Below, piece after piece: positions 1-9,039 of a DNA stretch of 36,625 bases. The stretch lies in the IMG/VR virus record IMGVR_UViG_3300031920_000020, positions 1-36,625 of that record, one strand, 5' to 3'. The stretch's first letter is position 1. Each line of letters begins with the position of its first letter. The notes under the pieces were generated by a model. The model searched no databases, was not told where the DNA came from, and saw nothing but the letters and a program-made list of their open reading frames with translations. Both the position numbers and the translations under genes were made by a program. Source of the DNA: a virus.

Positions 1-28
1 TACAGCACTATATGTTAATGCATACAGG
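1..28. repeat. 28-nt terminal overlap, identical to 36598..36625; indicates circular closure or assembly overlap of a complete genome
   Basis: tacagcactatatgttaatgcatacagg is present at both ends. Reading across the junction reconstitutes a full copy of the two-block repeat also found at 27830..27926. Confidence 0.85.
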
Positions 29-42
29 CTATAATTGCTGTT

Positions 43-83
43 ACGTTCTTAATTTCTTTCTTCTATGATGCAACCTTATTATA
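43..83 (-). repeat. Block 1 of two-block repeat, copy I (contains the promoter-like 23-mer)
   Basis: acgttcttaatttctttcttctatgatgcaaccttattata is near-identical to 27882..27926. Confidence 0.8.
58..80 (-). promoter_or_regulatory. Phage-RNAP-type (SP6/K11-like) promoter-like 23-mer upstream of the early genes, across the circular junction
   Basis: Minus strand reads AATAAGGTTGCATCATAGAAGAA. It is one of 5 conserved co-oriented copies, 12 nt downstream of the terminase stop and about 100 nt upstream of the ATG at 36557. Confidence 0.55.
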
Positions 84-92
84 CAGATCTAC

Positions 93-1979
93 TTAGCCGA
101 ACCTATTCCTGCTCTTACAGACTTTCCCAGAGGTAGGCTTCCTAGGTGTAAACTTACCAGAGCCACTTGCCTTAGAGATGGCAGAGAAACCATTTCTTCC
201 ACCTTTAGGTTTAGTTCCGGTTAGCCATACTCTTCGAGAGGTAGGATCAGACCATTCACTGATGATCTTCATAGCTTCATGCCTACGTTTAGCCTCAATT
301 ACAATCTGAGTATCAAAGTCAAGTCTCTCTACTACGAATCTGATAGCACTAGCTAGTGCATCTATCCTATCATCATGCCTCAAGCATCCTCTCTCTCTCG
401 TAAGCATTGCTAGTTGATGAACAAATCTGTACGTTGTCTGCAACTCAGCAGGGTACAGCGCTACAGATCTCTGATCTTCATCTAATGCTGAAGGACATAT
501 AAGAAGTCTATGGCTAGATAGGAGGGGTTCTATTACATCTATGATCCTAAGCTCCTTCTGACCTGACTCATTGACTTCCTCTAGTGTCACAGGCCACTTC
601 CCCTTAGCAAACAGGGGCTTCAGCATACTAGCATGTGCTCCATTGCCATAGTTCTTTTCTATAACAACTGTCTTCGCCTGGAACTTCTTTGCTACCTCTA
701 CGAGCTGTTTTAGCTTTGCCTCCTCATATCCACCTGGAACCCCACCAATAGCAACGATGTATATATAAGCTCCTATCAGTTTGATTACAGCGTATCCTGT
801 CTCATCCCCTTGCTTTCCCCCTCCTGCCGGGTCTATGTACATAACAGTTTTCTCGAAATCTCGAATTTCATATCCAAACGGGGATACACGGTACAATTTG
901 TACTTGCCACCATATCCAGCGCTTCGGTACAAATGAAGGGGATTGTTCGACCATATGGGTAGTACCGGACCCCTCACCACTGAAAAGTCAGCCACCATCA
1001 AGTTAGCGAGTTTTAAGGGGTATCGCTCTGTATCACTCAAGGTAGTGTTCAGCATGTACTGAAGCTGGAACTTTGCTTTACCCTGTGAGATCTCCTTCTC
1101 TAGCAGTAGTAGCTCATTGAACATCTCTGGACAGGTCGGTTGGCCCGAAGCACCATCCATTCCCCCACCCTCCATAATAGAAGGGTCGAGCTTCATGTCC
1201 TGCTTAAGCATAGGTGCTAGGTTGTCCCCATAATTATCAAGCTCATCCATGTTTGGATATCTACCTGTCCATACCCGTATAGTGTAACCCCTGGCTTCCA
1301 GGTTATTGTATATCGACTCAACACTCTGAGGTGTACCAAGGTAGAGTATATCACCATCTGCACATACTGACTCAAACTCTTTAGTCAGATCCTCTAGCTG
1401 ATCTCTAGTCATGACTGTTCTTGAGTTCTTCATGGATTCACAGTCATCTGCTATCAGAATGTCAGCACGTGATCCCTGTAGGGAAGCATCAACTCCCATA
1501 CACTTCACTGAGGGTGACTTCTCTGTTCCTTTGAATAGCCAGTGAACATCATACCATTCCACAGACTCATGATCTCCTGCATTCTTGTCGGGTCTTAGCA
1601 TCCATAGGATGTCTAGCCCATTCACTATTTGTATTACAAAGTTGGCTATCTCTTTCGACATTTTACTACCAGCAGACACAATTAATATTCTGCTATTAGG
1701 CTCATGAATCAACCTAAACACTGAGTAGATTGCAGTAAGAGTAGTCTTAGCCTGTCCACGCTGGGCCTGTACCATCCTAAACTTCGGCCCACCATAAATC
1801 CATTTACATATATCTTGTTGTATCCTGTTAATATCAGGATTACCCCTAATCAACTCTGAGATGCAGACCTGAGCAAAGTTCAGAAAGCCCATCAATGTAT
1901 TGGGAAAGGCTTCCTGAACTTCGGCTAAGGCTAGACGCATCTCCAGTTCATCTTCACTGGACATTTCTCTACGGCTCAT
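93..1979 (-). CDS. terL: Terminase large subunit (T7 gp19-like)
   Basis: 628 aa and the last gene of the late operon. It has an ATPase-like region (RGQAKTT, ILIADDCES) and a C-terminal nuclease-like region (MYIDPAGGGKQGDETG). AGGAGG lies 5 nt upstream of the ATG. Confidence 0.9.
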   Translation of the reverse strand: MSRREMSSEDELEMRLALAEVQEAFPNTLMGFLNFAQVCISELIRGNPDINRIQQDICKWIYGGPKFRMVQAQRGQAKTTLTAIYSVFRLIHEPNSRILIVSAGSKMSKEIANFVIQIVNGLDILWMLRPDKNAGDHESVEWYDVHWLFKGTEKSPSVKCMGVDASLQGSRADILIADDCESMKNSRTVMTRDQLEDLTKEFESVCADGDILYLGTPQSVESIYNNLEARGYTIRVWTGRYPNMDELDNYGDNLAPMLKQDMKLDPSIMEGGGMDGASGQPTCPEMFNELLLLEKEISQGKAKFQLQYMLNTTLSDTERYPLKLANLMVADFSVVRGPVLPIWSNNPLHLYRSAGYGGKYKLYRVSPFGYEIRDFEKTVMYIDPAGGGKQGDETGYAVIKLIGAYIYIVAIGGVPGGYEEAKLKQLVEVAKKFQAKTVVIEKNYGNGAHASMLKPLFAKGKWPVTLEEVNESGQKELRIIDVIEPLLSSHRLLICPSALDEDQRSVALYPAELQTTYRFVHQLAMLTRERGCLRHDDRIDALASAIRFVVERLDFDTQIVIEAKRRHEAMKIISEWSDPTSRRVWLTGTKPKGGRNGFSAISKASGSGKFTPRKPTSGKVCKSRNRFG

Positions 1980-1987
1980 CTATCCTC

Positions 1988-2308
1988 CTATATAGCTTCC
2001 TTTGCATCAGCAAACGGTATGATCTTACCTTTATTCCTCTCCTTAAGGGCAGCAAGCTTCTTGGCAAGAGGAGACTCCTCATCCATCTCCGCTGTTGTGC
2101 AAGAGACTCCATTGTACTCTACCCACTTCTGCATGGTAGCAAGGTCTCTTGAGTTGATAGCAAGTGCTATCTCCTCGGCATCATGCCCCTCATTCACCAG
2201 ATCTTCTACATGCTCAAGCATACTCTTAGCCTTTTGATTATGACACATAGTAATCAGCTTGTGCAGTATGCCTATCTGATCTTCTGTAGCTGCATTCTTA
2301 TTGCTCAT
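1988..2308 (-). CDS. Putative small terminase subunit (gp18 position)
   Basis: 106 aa, helical and charged. It ends 8 nt upstream of terL, whose SD overlaps its stop. The call rests on position only. Confidence 0.5.
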   Translation of the reverse strand: MSNKNAATEDQIGILHKLITMCHNQKAKSMLEHVEDLVNEGHDAEEIALAINSRDLATMQKWVEYNGVSCTTAEMDEESPLAKKLAALKERNKGKIIPFADAKEAI

Positions 2309-2471
2309 TCCTCCTCCTATTCTTTCCTCTAGCCTTATCTATCAACTTCCAAATAAGCAACGTTGCCTGAAGCACCATCAACACACCAGCTCCCGTCTCT
2401 GTCCAATTACTGGTGAGATAGGCACCCCATGTGAATCCTACGTGTCCTGTTACAACAATCACATCATCCAT
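2298..2471 (-). CDS. Putative holin (T7 gp17.5 position); 57 aa, below the ORF-track cutoff
   Basis: Hand translation gives MDDVIVVTGHVGFTWGAYLTSNWTETGAGVLMVLQATLLIWKLIDKARGKNRRRNEQ. It has a hydrophobic segment and a basic tail. It sits between the fibre and terS and overlaps the terS start. GGGGG lies 7 nt upstream of the ATG. Confidence 0.4.
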   Translation of the reverse strand: MDDVIVVTGHVGFTWGAYLTSNWTETGAGVLMVLQATLLIWKLIDKARGKNRRRNEQ

Positions 2472-2528
2472 GTATTGCCCCCGTACTCATGCCCTACTGT
2501 GGTAGCTAGGGCTTATTGATTATTACTT

Positions 2529-5057
2529 TCAATCACAATACTCTAATTGCAAAATGCCCTCAGTAAATGAAGATGTTATACTTGATAGTTGTACCGTAAT
2601 GACTTCATTTGAGTGTATAAGAGCTTCTGCTGCTGTTATAGCCCCAAGGTCTTTGAAGCTATAAGCAGTTCCATTCGCAAAACCTGCCGCAGTTACTAAT
2701 GTCCCACTAAAAGAACCTGTGGACAGATTTCTCTTACTCACCAGTACTTGCATTGACGTTATAGTATTGTTTACAAGTACACCTGCTCTGGCTATAAATG
2801 CGGGGAAGTCAACCACCATTATTAGGTGTAGCGTGGTATCGTTAACAATGCCAAATGATAACTTCTTTCCTAGCGTTAATGTATCGCCTTTTATCTGTGA
2901 AGTTGCATGGCCCGATGAGTCGTTGTCTTTTAAATATACCGCACCTGTCACAACAATCCCTTCGGTTTGGTGAGCACCATTGGGTCGAACTATATTACCA
3001 GTTATAATTCCGCCTGACCCGTTAACCACCAGGATTCCGATTCTCTGACCTGACCCCTCTAGCGTCCCATTGTTGTTTACAGTATTTCTGTTTATATCTA
3101 AATCGGTACAATCTTCTAACCTAACACCAGCCTTTCCATTTCCGTAAACAAAGTTACCGCTTACTTTTGGGCTATTACCATTTATCATATGCACACCATA
3201 TCCTGCATTGTTGTATATGTGGTTTGCCCCTTCTACAGCCACGGTATCAATACCAAGTTGAGCTGCCGTGTTATCTTCTACGGATATCCCATCATCATCA
3301 TTATCATATATGAAATTGCCTGATATTATATACTCCTTATCGCCCTCGACTATGGCTTCCGAATCATTCTGTTTAATATCTATTCCAGACGTAACATTAC
3401 CATAAATGTGATTATCAGTTATAATACATCTAGTTCCTTCTATAAATAGATCAATACCATCTTGTGATACAGCAGGATCGCCGTTGCCATTGTTCCTAAT
3501 TATATTATCGGTAATTATAATGTTCTGAACATTTCTGTAAGTCCTGAGTCCATCTCTTGAGGAAGCCTCCGAGATGTTCCCAACAAAAATTAATCCGTCA
3601 ATGTCAGAAAGGTACGTATTGTGAGAACAGTCATGGATATGACAGTTAGTTATTGAAACCCCTTCTGATTGTAAAACTCCGTTCTGTGTTTCGTGGCCAG
3701 AAATACCGCCCCACGATTGAGTAATTTCAGCGTGATCTATGCTGAAATCACTTCCTCCATTTAGTATTATTGATGCAGACCAAATATCTGTAATGGAGGC
3801 AGTCCACTTTCCACCATATATCTGAATATCATCATTTGTTATGATAAGGGAACCACTTGAAGTTGTGGTTCCGAACAAGGTGTGAGTCTCATATAATAAA
3901 GTAGCTCCCTTTGCGATGATTACAGTGCCCGCTAGAGGCTCCCAGTTAAGCAAGCTATAAGTTTTCCCCTGTTCAAACACTACTTTTTTGCTATGCACAT
4001 TAAAGGCAGCAACAACCGCAGTGTCATCCCCGCCCCCAGTAACACTTCCAAAATGAGATATTTTCAACTCTCCTTGTCTGACTAAGCAACTACTTGCACC
4101 TGTTGGATCAGAATCCAACGGTACATAAACCCCACCTAAAGGATCTGCTGCAACCTCTGCTGTATAATTTCCGGCAAGCAATAAGAACTCTCCGTCACCA
4201 CCATCACCTATAGCACTCCTTCCAAGTGTCTCATACTTCTGACCTGCTACCAGTGTGGTAGATGCACTCATCTGTGCTTTAGTATCAAAAGGTAAAGTCC
4301 AATCAGCAATGATCTGCTGTGCCTCTTCTAGTTGATCTAAGATGTCAGGCAATCCATTATGAGTGAAAGAGAATATTTTCACTGCTACACCTACTGGCAA
4401 CTCACTCCCTGCATTGACGTACTTTGTAGTGCCAGTAGTCACTAAGACACCAGAGATATCACAAGGGAAAGCATCATACTGTAGCACACCGTCAGCATAC
4501 AACGTGCTAGTTATAGGAAAGGCTGGTATAGAGAAGGACAACTCGAACACAGTCTTGGCTACTGCAACTACCTCTGTATGAGTCTGAGCTGCATTAATCT
4601 CGGCCGCTGCTAATGCTTCGTCCAGTTGTCCTAGAGTCACTGCGTCCTGTGCATTAACCCCATTTGCTAAGTTGAATATACTAAACCCACCCACGTTAAG
4701 AGCTTGCTTCTCATAATATGATTCACTCTTGAACCCATCTATAATATTATGAATGTTATAGAGCTGACTCTGGAACGACCTGTTCATATTAGTCTGGGTG
4801 AAGTCGCTTCCCCTTGAGAAGTCAGCATAAGGTGATGCGAAGTCAGGATCTCTTTTGATTCTAACTTTTGCCCCTATCACAGGGGTAACCGCCAGTGTAA
4901 CTTGAGTAGGCCCGGTCAGTGTAAATGCTACAACTACTTCATCTACAGTCACTATCAATTGATCTAAAGTCCAATACCCATTGTCTGGGCCTGTAAAGGC
5001 GAAGGGAAAGGCTACTTTGACCCCATCCCCTACCTCATCTGAAAAACTATATCCCAT
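2529..5057 (-). CDS. Tail fibre/tailspike: T7 gp17-like N-terminal adaptor plus right-handed beta-helix (pectate-lyase-like) domain
   Basis: 842 aa. The N-terminus (FPFAF..LIVTVDEV..DFSRGS..FQSQLYN..LNVGG..AQDAVTLGQL) looks like the gp17 N-domain. Residues about 470-700 carry repeated NxxxxG/NNxG beta-helix turns (ITDNIIRNNGNG, ISGNFIYDNDDDG, HIYNNAGYG, VSGNFVYGNGKAG, INRNTVNNNG). Confidence 0.85.
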   Translation of the reverse strand: MGYSFSDEVGDGVKVAFPFAFTGPDNGYWTLDQLIVTVDEVVVAFTLTGPTQVTLAVTPVIGAKVRIKRDPDFASPYADFSRGSDFTQTNMNRSFQSQLYNIHNIIDGFKSESYYEKQALNVGGFSIFNLANGVNAQDAVTLGQLDEALAAAEINAAQTHTEVVAVAKTVFELSFSIPAFPITSTLYADGVLQYDAFPCDISGVLVTTGTTKYVNAGSELPVGVAVKIFSFTHNGLPDILDQLEEAQQIIADWTLPFDTKAQMSASTTLVAGQKYETLGRSAIGDGGDGEFLLLAGNYTAEVAADPLGGVYVPLDSDPTGASSCLVRQGELKISHFGSVTGGGDDTAVVAAFNVHSKKVVFEQGKTYSLLNWEPLAGTVIIAKGATLLYETHTLFGTTTSSGSLIITNDDIQIYGGKWTASITDIWSASIILNGGSDFSIDHAEITQSWGGISGHETQNGVLQSEGVSITNCHIHDCSHNTYLSDIDGLIFVGNISEASSRDGLRTYRNVQNIIITDNIIRNNGNGDPAVSQDGIDLFIEGTRCIITDNHIYGNVTSGIDIKQNDSEAIVEGDKEYIISGNFIYDNDDDGISVEDNTAAQLGIDTVAVEGANHIYNNAGYGVHMINGNSPKVSGNFVYGNGKAGVRLEDCTDLDINRNTVNNNGTLEGSGQRIGILVVNGSGGIITGNIVRPNGAHQTEGIVVTGAVYLKDNDSSGHATSQIKGDTLTLGKKLSFGIVNDTTLHLIMVVDFPAFIARAGVLVNNTITSMQVLVSKRNLSTGSFSGTLVTAAGFANGTAYSFKDLGAITAAEALIHSNEVITVQLSSITSSFTEGILQLEYCD

Positions 5058-5065
5058 ATTTCCTC

Positions 5066-8000
5066 CTAGTCTACTATTCCTCTTAGAGCGTTTATGCCCT
5101 GATTGATCCCTATTGTCTTAGCAAAGGGTGCAATATCCTGAACTTCCTTAATCGCCCTACTCATTGTTTCATCCCCTGTGAGGGCTTGCATGATTACCTT
5201 CTGTGCTTCAAAGACATCCTTTGCTACTCCAATCACAGGTACTGAGTCATTAGTCATAGCTCTGGCACCTACCTGATCCCTACCTGATAGGAGTGCATCT
5301 GGGAGAACACCAAGAGTTGCCAGCCCATCCATCCCTATACCTACTGCTGCTAGTTGCCCCATCCTATTCAGGATACCTAGGGTCAGGTTGGAACCTGTCA
5401 TGTCACTGAGTATTTTCTCCTCAGCATTATCCTTTCCTAGGTTCCTCTGAAGTGAAGCTATACCTACCGCCATAAATCCGTACATAGCAGACTGCATACC
5501 TATCAGTGCACCCATAACCTTATCGTGCCTGATGTCATGCACTAGCTGTTTCTCCATAGATAATATAGAGAAGCTCCTGAACTGAGTCATGGTCTGGCCT
5601 AGCCACCTATTCATAAACTGTGGCATCTCACCTATCATGGGCCTCTGCATCTGTCTCATTGTTATTCGATGCATACCTATCTGCAACCTTTCCTGCATGT
5701 CAGGTGTCATCTTACCAAAGTTAAACATGTCAATTTCTCTTCCATTGATCTTAGCTGTCTTCGGGTTGTCCTTCATGAACTGTTTAACCTCATCTAAGAA
5801 CCCATCATGCCATCCAGCACTATTTATCTCAGCCTCACTGAGGAGACTCTTACCACCTTTCATCATCTTCTTTATATCTATGGCGAGTGCCCGTACAGCT
5901 AACCTCTCCCCTGTTCCCTGAATCAGTCGGAATCCGCTGGCTACTTCACCAATTCTCCTCCCCTGTGCTAACGCGTTATCAAAGTACTGTGCTATCCTAC
6001 TAGCTCCCTCAGCCTCCTCAATGTCATCAGCTCTGAGTCCATTTGGGTATAAGATATGGTCCTCACCATTGTACATGATTACATCCTCTAGTTCATCCAG
6101 ATCTTCTCTCTTCAGATGACCACTCCACTCTCCACCCTCTCTCAGGTGTTTAGTCCCCCTGATAGCTCCCAGATCCTTGACAGCTTCTAGGACTGAGGAT
6201 AACTGCCTTTGAGATGTGATACGTGCTAACTCCGGTATAGATGCAGCACCAACAAACTGTAGTCTAAGGAGAGATGTTGCACTCCTGACCCTGCTAAGAG
6301 CCTTAATCATCCCACTCTCATCTACAGGATTAAGAGTCCTTCCATAAGCCATATCAACTCCGTCCCTCAAGATCTTGATCTCCCTCTTAAGATCAGAAGC
6401 ATTCTGCCCTATATCCTCTCCTCTCTTTTCCAGTATAGCTATCTCATCAAGTACTTGAGATCTAGTTGTCAACCCTATCTTAGCAAAGGCTGCTCCTCCA
6501 GCAGCATCTCTGGTATAGGACTCAAGTATTCTAGGCAGATCATTAACTATAAGATCTATATACTTCAGACCATTTGATTCAACTGTGATGTTTGGACGTA
6601 ACGACTTCTTAGCCCTATTGCTCATATGCTGTCTTACTTCGGTATCCATGGAACTCTTTAAGAAGTCATCGACAACATCATCCTCAACTCCAGCCTTCTT
6701 GAGCTGATCAACTAGATCCTGTATGTCCTTATTGGTTGACTTCCTACCCTGCTCAGCCATTACTAGAGTATCATCCTTTGCTCTCTGTATATGAGCATCA
6801 GCCACCCTATCAGCTAGATCCTTTTCTAGTTGGAACCCACCCCTCTGGTACCCTAATGATAGTACCTCCCTTACGGTTGACTCCTCATTATTACGCAATG
6901 CATTCTTTATCTTTACACTATCCTGGATCACTGGGACATATGGTTTATTTAGATCTACATTCTCCATCCCAGCACCATTTGCATCTTGCCAGATCTTACC
7001 ACCTTTGTAGAACTGGTCCTTCCCCCCTTCAGCAGCAGCTTTAATAGCTGGAGAACTGGAGGTTCCAGGCGCATATAGTTCAAGCATTACTTCTTTATGA
7101 TACTTGTTAATATTGGATGGAACCATCAGGGACTTATAAGAACTGAGGCCATTCTCTGCACCCCATACTCTCATGTTCTCATTGAGTCTATTACGCATAG
7201 CCCCTCTAATCATAGTCTGACCATTCTTGACCCTGGATGCTATAGTTGCAGCAGCAGCTTTCCCACCCTGGGGTGCCTCGAAGAGTAAGTATCCGAACCC
7301 TCTTATAGCAAAGTTATGAGAGTTGGATATTCTAGCCTGTACAGACATGATAGCATCAGTAACTTTGGACTTCCAAGGAAGCATAGCCCCTCTTACATCC
7401 TCTGCTTGATCTATACCAAGCCGTTCGTAACCCTCTATCCTAGCTTTCTGTGAGGTGTCTAGCTTATGTATCTCAGGGACAGGGTTCTCAGTAAATCCAG
7501 ACTCGGCTGCACCTACAGACCCTGCCTTGCCACGCTCGGCCTTCTCAGCAGCATCCCTCTCCAAGGTTCCTTGCAGAGACTCTCTCTGCCTTTCAGCCTC
7601 AACCTTCAAAGAAGGTGGACCCTCATCCCCATATAGGATGTCTACCTTTTCCTGCTCTGTCATCTTATTCCACTTCCTCAGACTATTAGCAGATGTCTTT
7701 GCATCCCTCCCTACTTCCAGCCTGGCCTGGGCATCTGACAACTGCTCTGTCAGTAATCTCTTGGTCTCCTTAGCAGCTCTGGAAGCCTTCTTAAGAGAGT
7801 CAGTGAACTTCTTCTCAACCTTCTTTATGCTTCTTTTAAGAGATGTTTCAAGCTTAGCTGTCTCAACATCTCTGGCCTTCTTGGCCTTAGTTAGCTCTTC
7901 CTTCGCCTCAAATAACTGACCAGCTCTCTTATCTGTCTCTTTCCTTCTGATGAGGTCTTCCAGTCTACTGACCTTCTCCTCAGCCTTAGAGATGGTAGCT

Positions 8001-9031
8001 CCATGTTTAGCCTTGAGAGCTTCCCTTTTAGGTGACGCATTTTCTGCAAACTCTGATCTCTTGCTTGATGCTGCTTCCCTTTGCAGGGAGACCTCTCCTT
8101 GTGCTGATCGGAGTCTTTCATTCTCTACCTCTATCTTGAGTTTAATCTCCTCTACTTGCTTAGAGATCTGCTTAGCTTGACCCCTGTTAAGACCCCCTGC
8201 AACTCCAGCCCTTAGAGCTGATTCATGTTCATCCATGTCACGTATAATGATTACAGCATCTGCCTCTGGATGAGCCTTCTTAATAGGTAGCATTTCAGCA
8301 GGTAGGTTAGTAACCATCTGATCATGTATGATCTTGTTCTCAGCATCTATCCGTAGGGCGTGGTCAGCCTGATCAGCCTCCCTAGCTGCTCTTGGATTAA
8401 CACTTCTGGAGAGTGCACCTATGGTTCCACCTATTACAGCACCAGCACCAAATGACATTATTAGATCAGAAGACTCCCATTGAGTGCTGCCACCTAGTAG
8501 CATGGAATCGAGAAGAACTGCTTCAGTCCCAGTGGTGAGAGCATACTTGCTCATTCTAGCCAGTGCAGATCCTTTCTGAAGGAATCCTAGGCCACCAGAA
8601 GCCAAACTTGCAGCTATTGAGACAGGGTCTAACATGTAGAAAGCTAGAAGTGATGCACCTCCAACCCACCCCCCTTTCGCCATGTCTGACAGTCTCTTCT
8701 TATCTTCTGCAATAAACCTATGTCTAGCAGCAAGCTCATCCTTGGAGTTAGAATCCTCAAGGTACTTAGTGTCACTCTTATTGTATATGGACCTGAAGTC
8801 TTCAGACATCTTCTCAGTTATAGCAAAGTTATCACTCTTCTCAAACTGTGCAGATCTTCTCTCCCAGATTCTCTTGAGAGCAAATGGTATCATTGCCTCC
8901 CTAGCAGCAGCCCCTAGTACATCACCAGTGTCGAAATCATCTACTCTGGGCTTAGCAGACCTTGCCTTGTCCATGCTAGGTATCGGAGAAGCCTGTCGCA
9001 CGTTAGCATAGTAATCATTTGTTAATGGCAT
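5066..9031 (-). CDS. Large internal virion/ejection protein (gp16-like)
   Basis: 1321 aa. It is the last of the internal-protein block before the fibre. It has glycine-rich hydrophobic segments and a long charged coiled-coil region. Size and position match T7 gp16. Confidence 0.7.
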   Translation of the reverse strand: MPLTNDYYANVRQASPIPSMDKARSAKPRVDDFDTGDVLGAAAREAMIPFALKRIWERRSAQFEKSDNFAITEKMSEDFRSIYNKSDTKYLEDSNSKDELAARHRFIAEDKKRLSDMAKGGWVGGASLLAFYMLDPVSIAASLASGGLGFLQKGSALARMSKYALTTGTEAVLLDSMLLGGSTQWESSDLIMSFGAGAVIGGTIGALSRSVNPRAAREADQADHALRIDAENKIIHDQMVTNLPAEMLPIKKAHPEADAVIIIRDMDEHESALRAGVAGGLNRGQAKQISKQVEEIKLKIEVENERLRSAQGEVSLQREAASSKRSEFAENASPKREALKAKHGATISKAEEKVSRLEDLIRRKETDKRAGQLFEAKEELTKAKKARDVETAKLETSLKRSIKKVEKKFTDSLKKASRAAKETKRLLTEQLSDAQARLEVGRDAKTSANSLRKWNKMTEQEKVDILYGDEGPPSLKVEAERQRESLQGTLERDAAEKAERGKAGSVGAAESGFTENPVPEIHKLDTSQKARIEGYERLGIDQAEDVRGAMLPWKSKVTDAIMSVQARISNSHNFAIRGFGYLLFEAPQGGKAAAATIASRVKNGQTMIRGAMRNRLNENMRVWGAENGLSSYKSLMVPSNINKYHKEVMLELYAPGTSSSPAIKAAAEGGKDQFYKGGKIWQDANGAGMENVDLNKPYVPVIQDSVKIKNALRNNEESTVREVLSLGYQRGGFQLEKDLADRVADAHIQRAKDDTLVMAEQGRKSTNKDIQDLVDQLKKAGVEDDVVDDFLKSSMDTEVRQHMSNRAKKSLRPNITVESNGLKYIDLIVNDLPRILESYTRDAAGGAAFAKIGLTTRSQVLDEIAILEKRGEDIGQNASDLKREIKILRDGVDMAYGRTLNPVDESGMIKALSRVRSATSLLRLQFVGAASIPELARITSQRQLSSVLEAVKDLGAIRGTKHLREGGEWSGHLKREDLDELEDVIMYNGEDHILYPNGLRADDIEEAEGASRIAQYFDNALAQGRRIGEVASGFRLIQGTGERLAVRALAIDIKKMMKGGKSLLSEAEINSAGWHDGFLDEVKQFMKDNPKTAKINGREIDMFNFGKMTPDMQERLQIGMHRITMRQMQRPMIGEMPQFMNRWLGQTMTQFRSFSILSMEKQLVHDIRHDKVMGALIGMQSAMYGFMAVGIASLQRNLGKDNAEEKILSDMTGSNLTLGILNRMGQLAAVGIGMDGLATLGVLPDALLSGRDQVGARAMTNDSVPVIGVAKDVFEAQKVIMQALTGDETMSRAIKEVQDIAPFAKTIGINQGINALRGIVD

Positions 9032-9039
9032 TCATCCTC

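Noticed and set aside
1-28. The 28-nt end identity as a biological direct terminal repeat.
   Set aside because: It is far shorter than terminal repeats of T7-like phages and is typical of k-mer overlap in circular contigs.
58-80. Reading the 23-mer as a sigma70 promoter (TTGCAT as -35, or TATAAT or TAGAAx as -10), or as a sigma54 -12 element (TTGCA).
   Set aside because: No conserved hexamer sits 16-18 nt downstream of TTGCAT in the five copies. No -35 lies upstream of the TATAAT or TAGAA candidates, and TATAAT is present in only 3 of 5 copies. The GG of a sigma54 -24 box is not at the required spacing. This still needs experimental exclusion.
83-88. ATCTGT just downstream of the terminase gene, resembling the T7 class II pause/termination signal ATCTGTT at the concatemer junction.
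   Set aside because: It is a single 6-nt occurrence with an imperfect match. It cannot be distinguished from chance.
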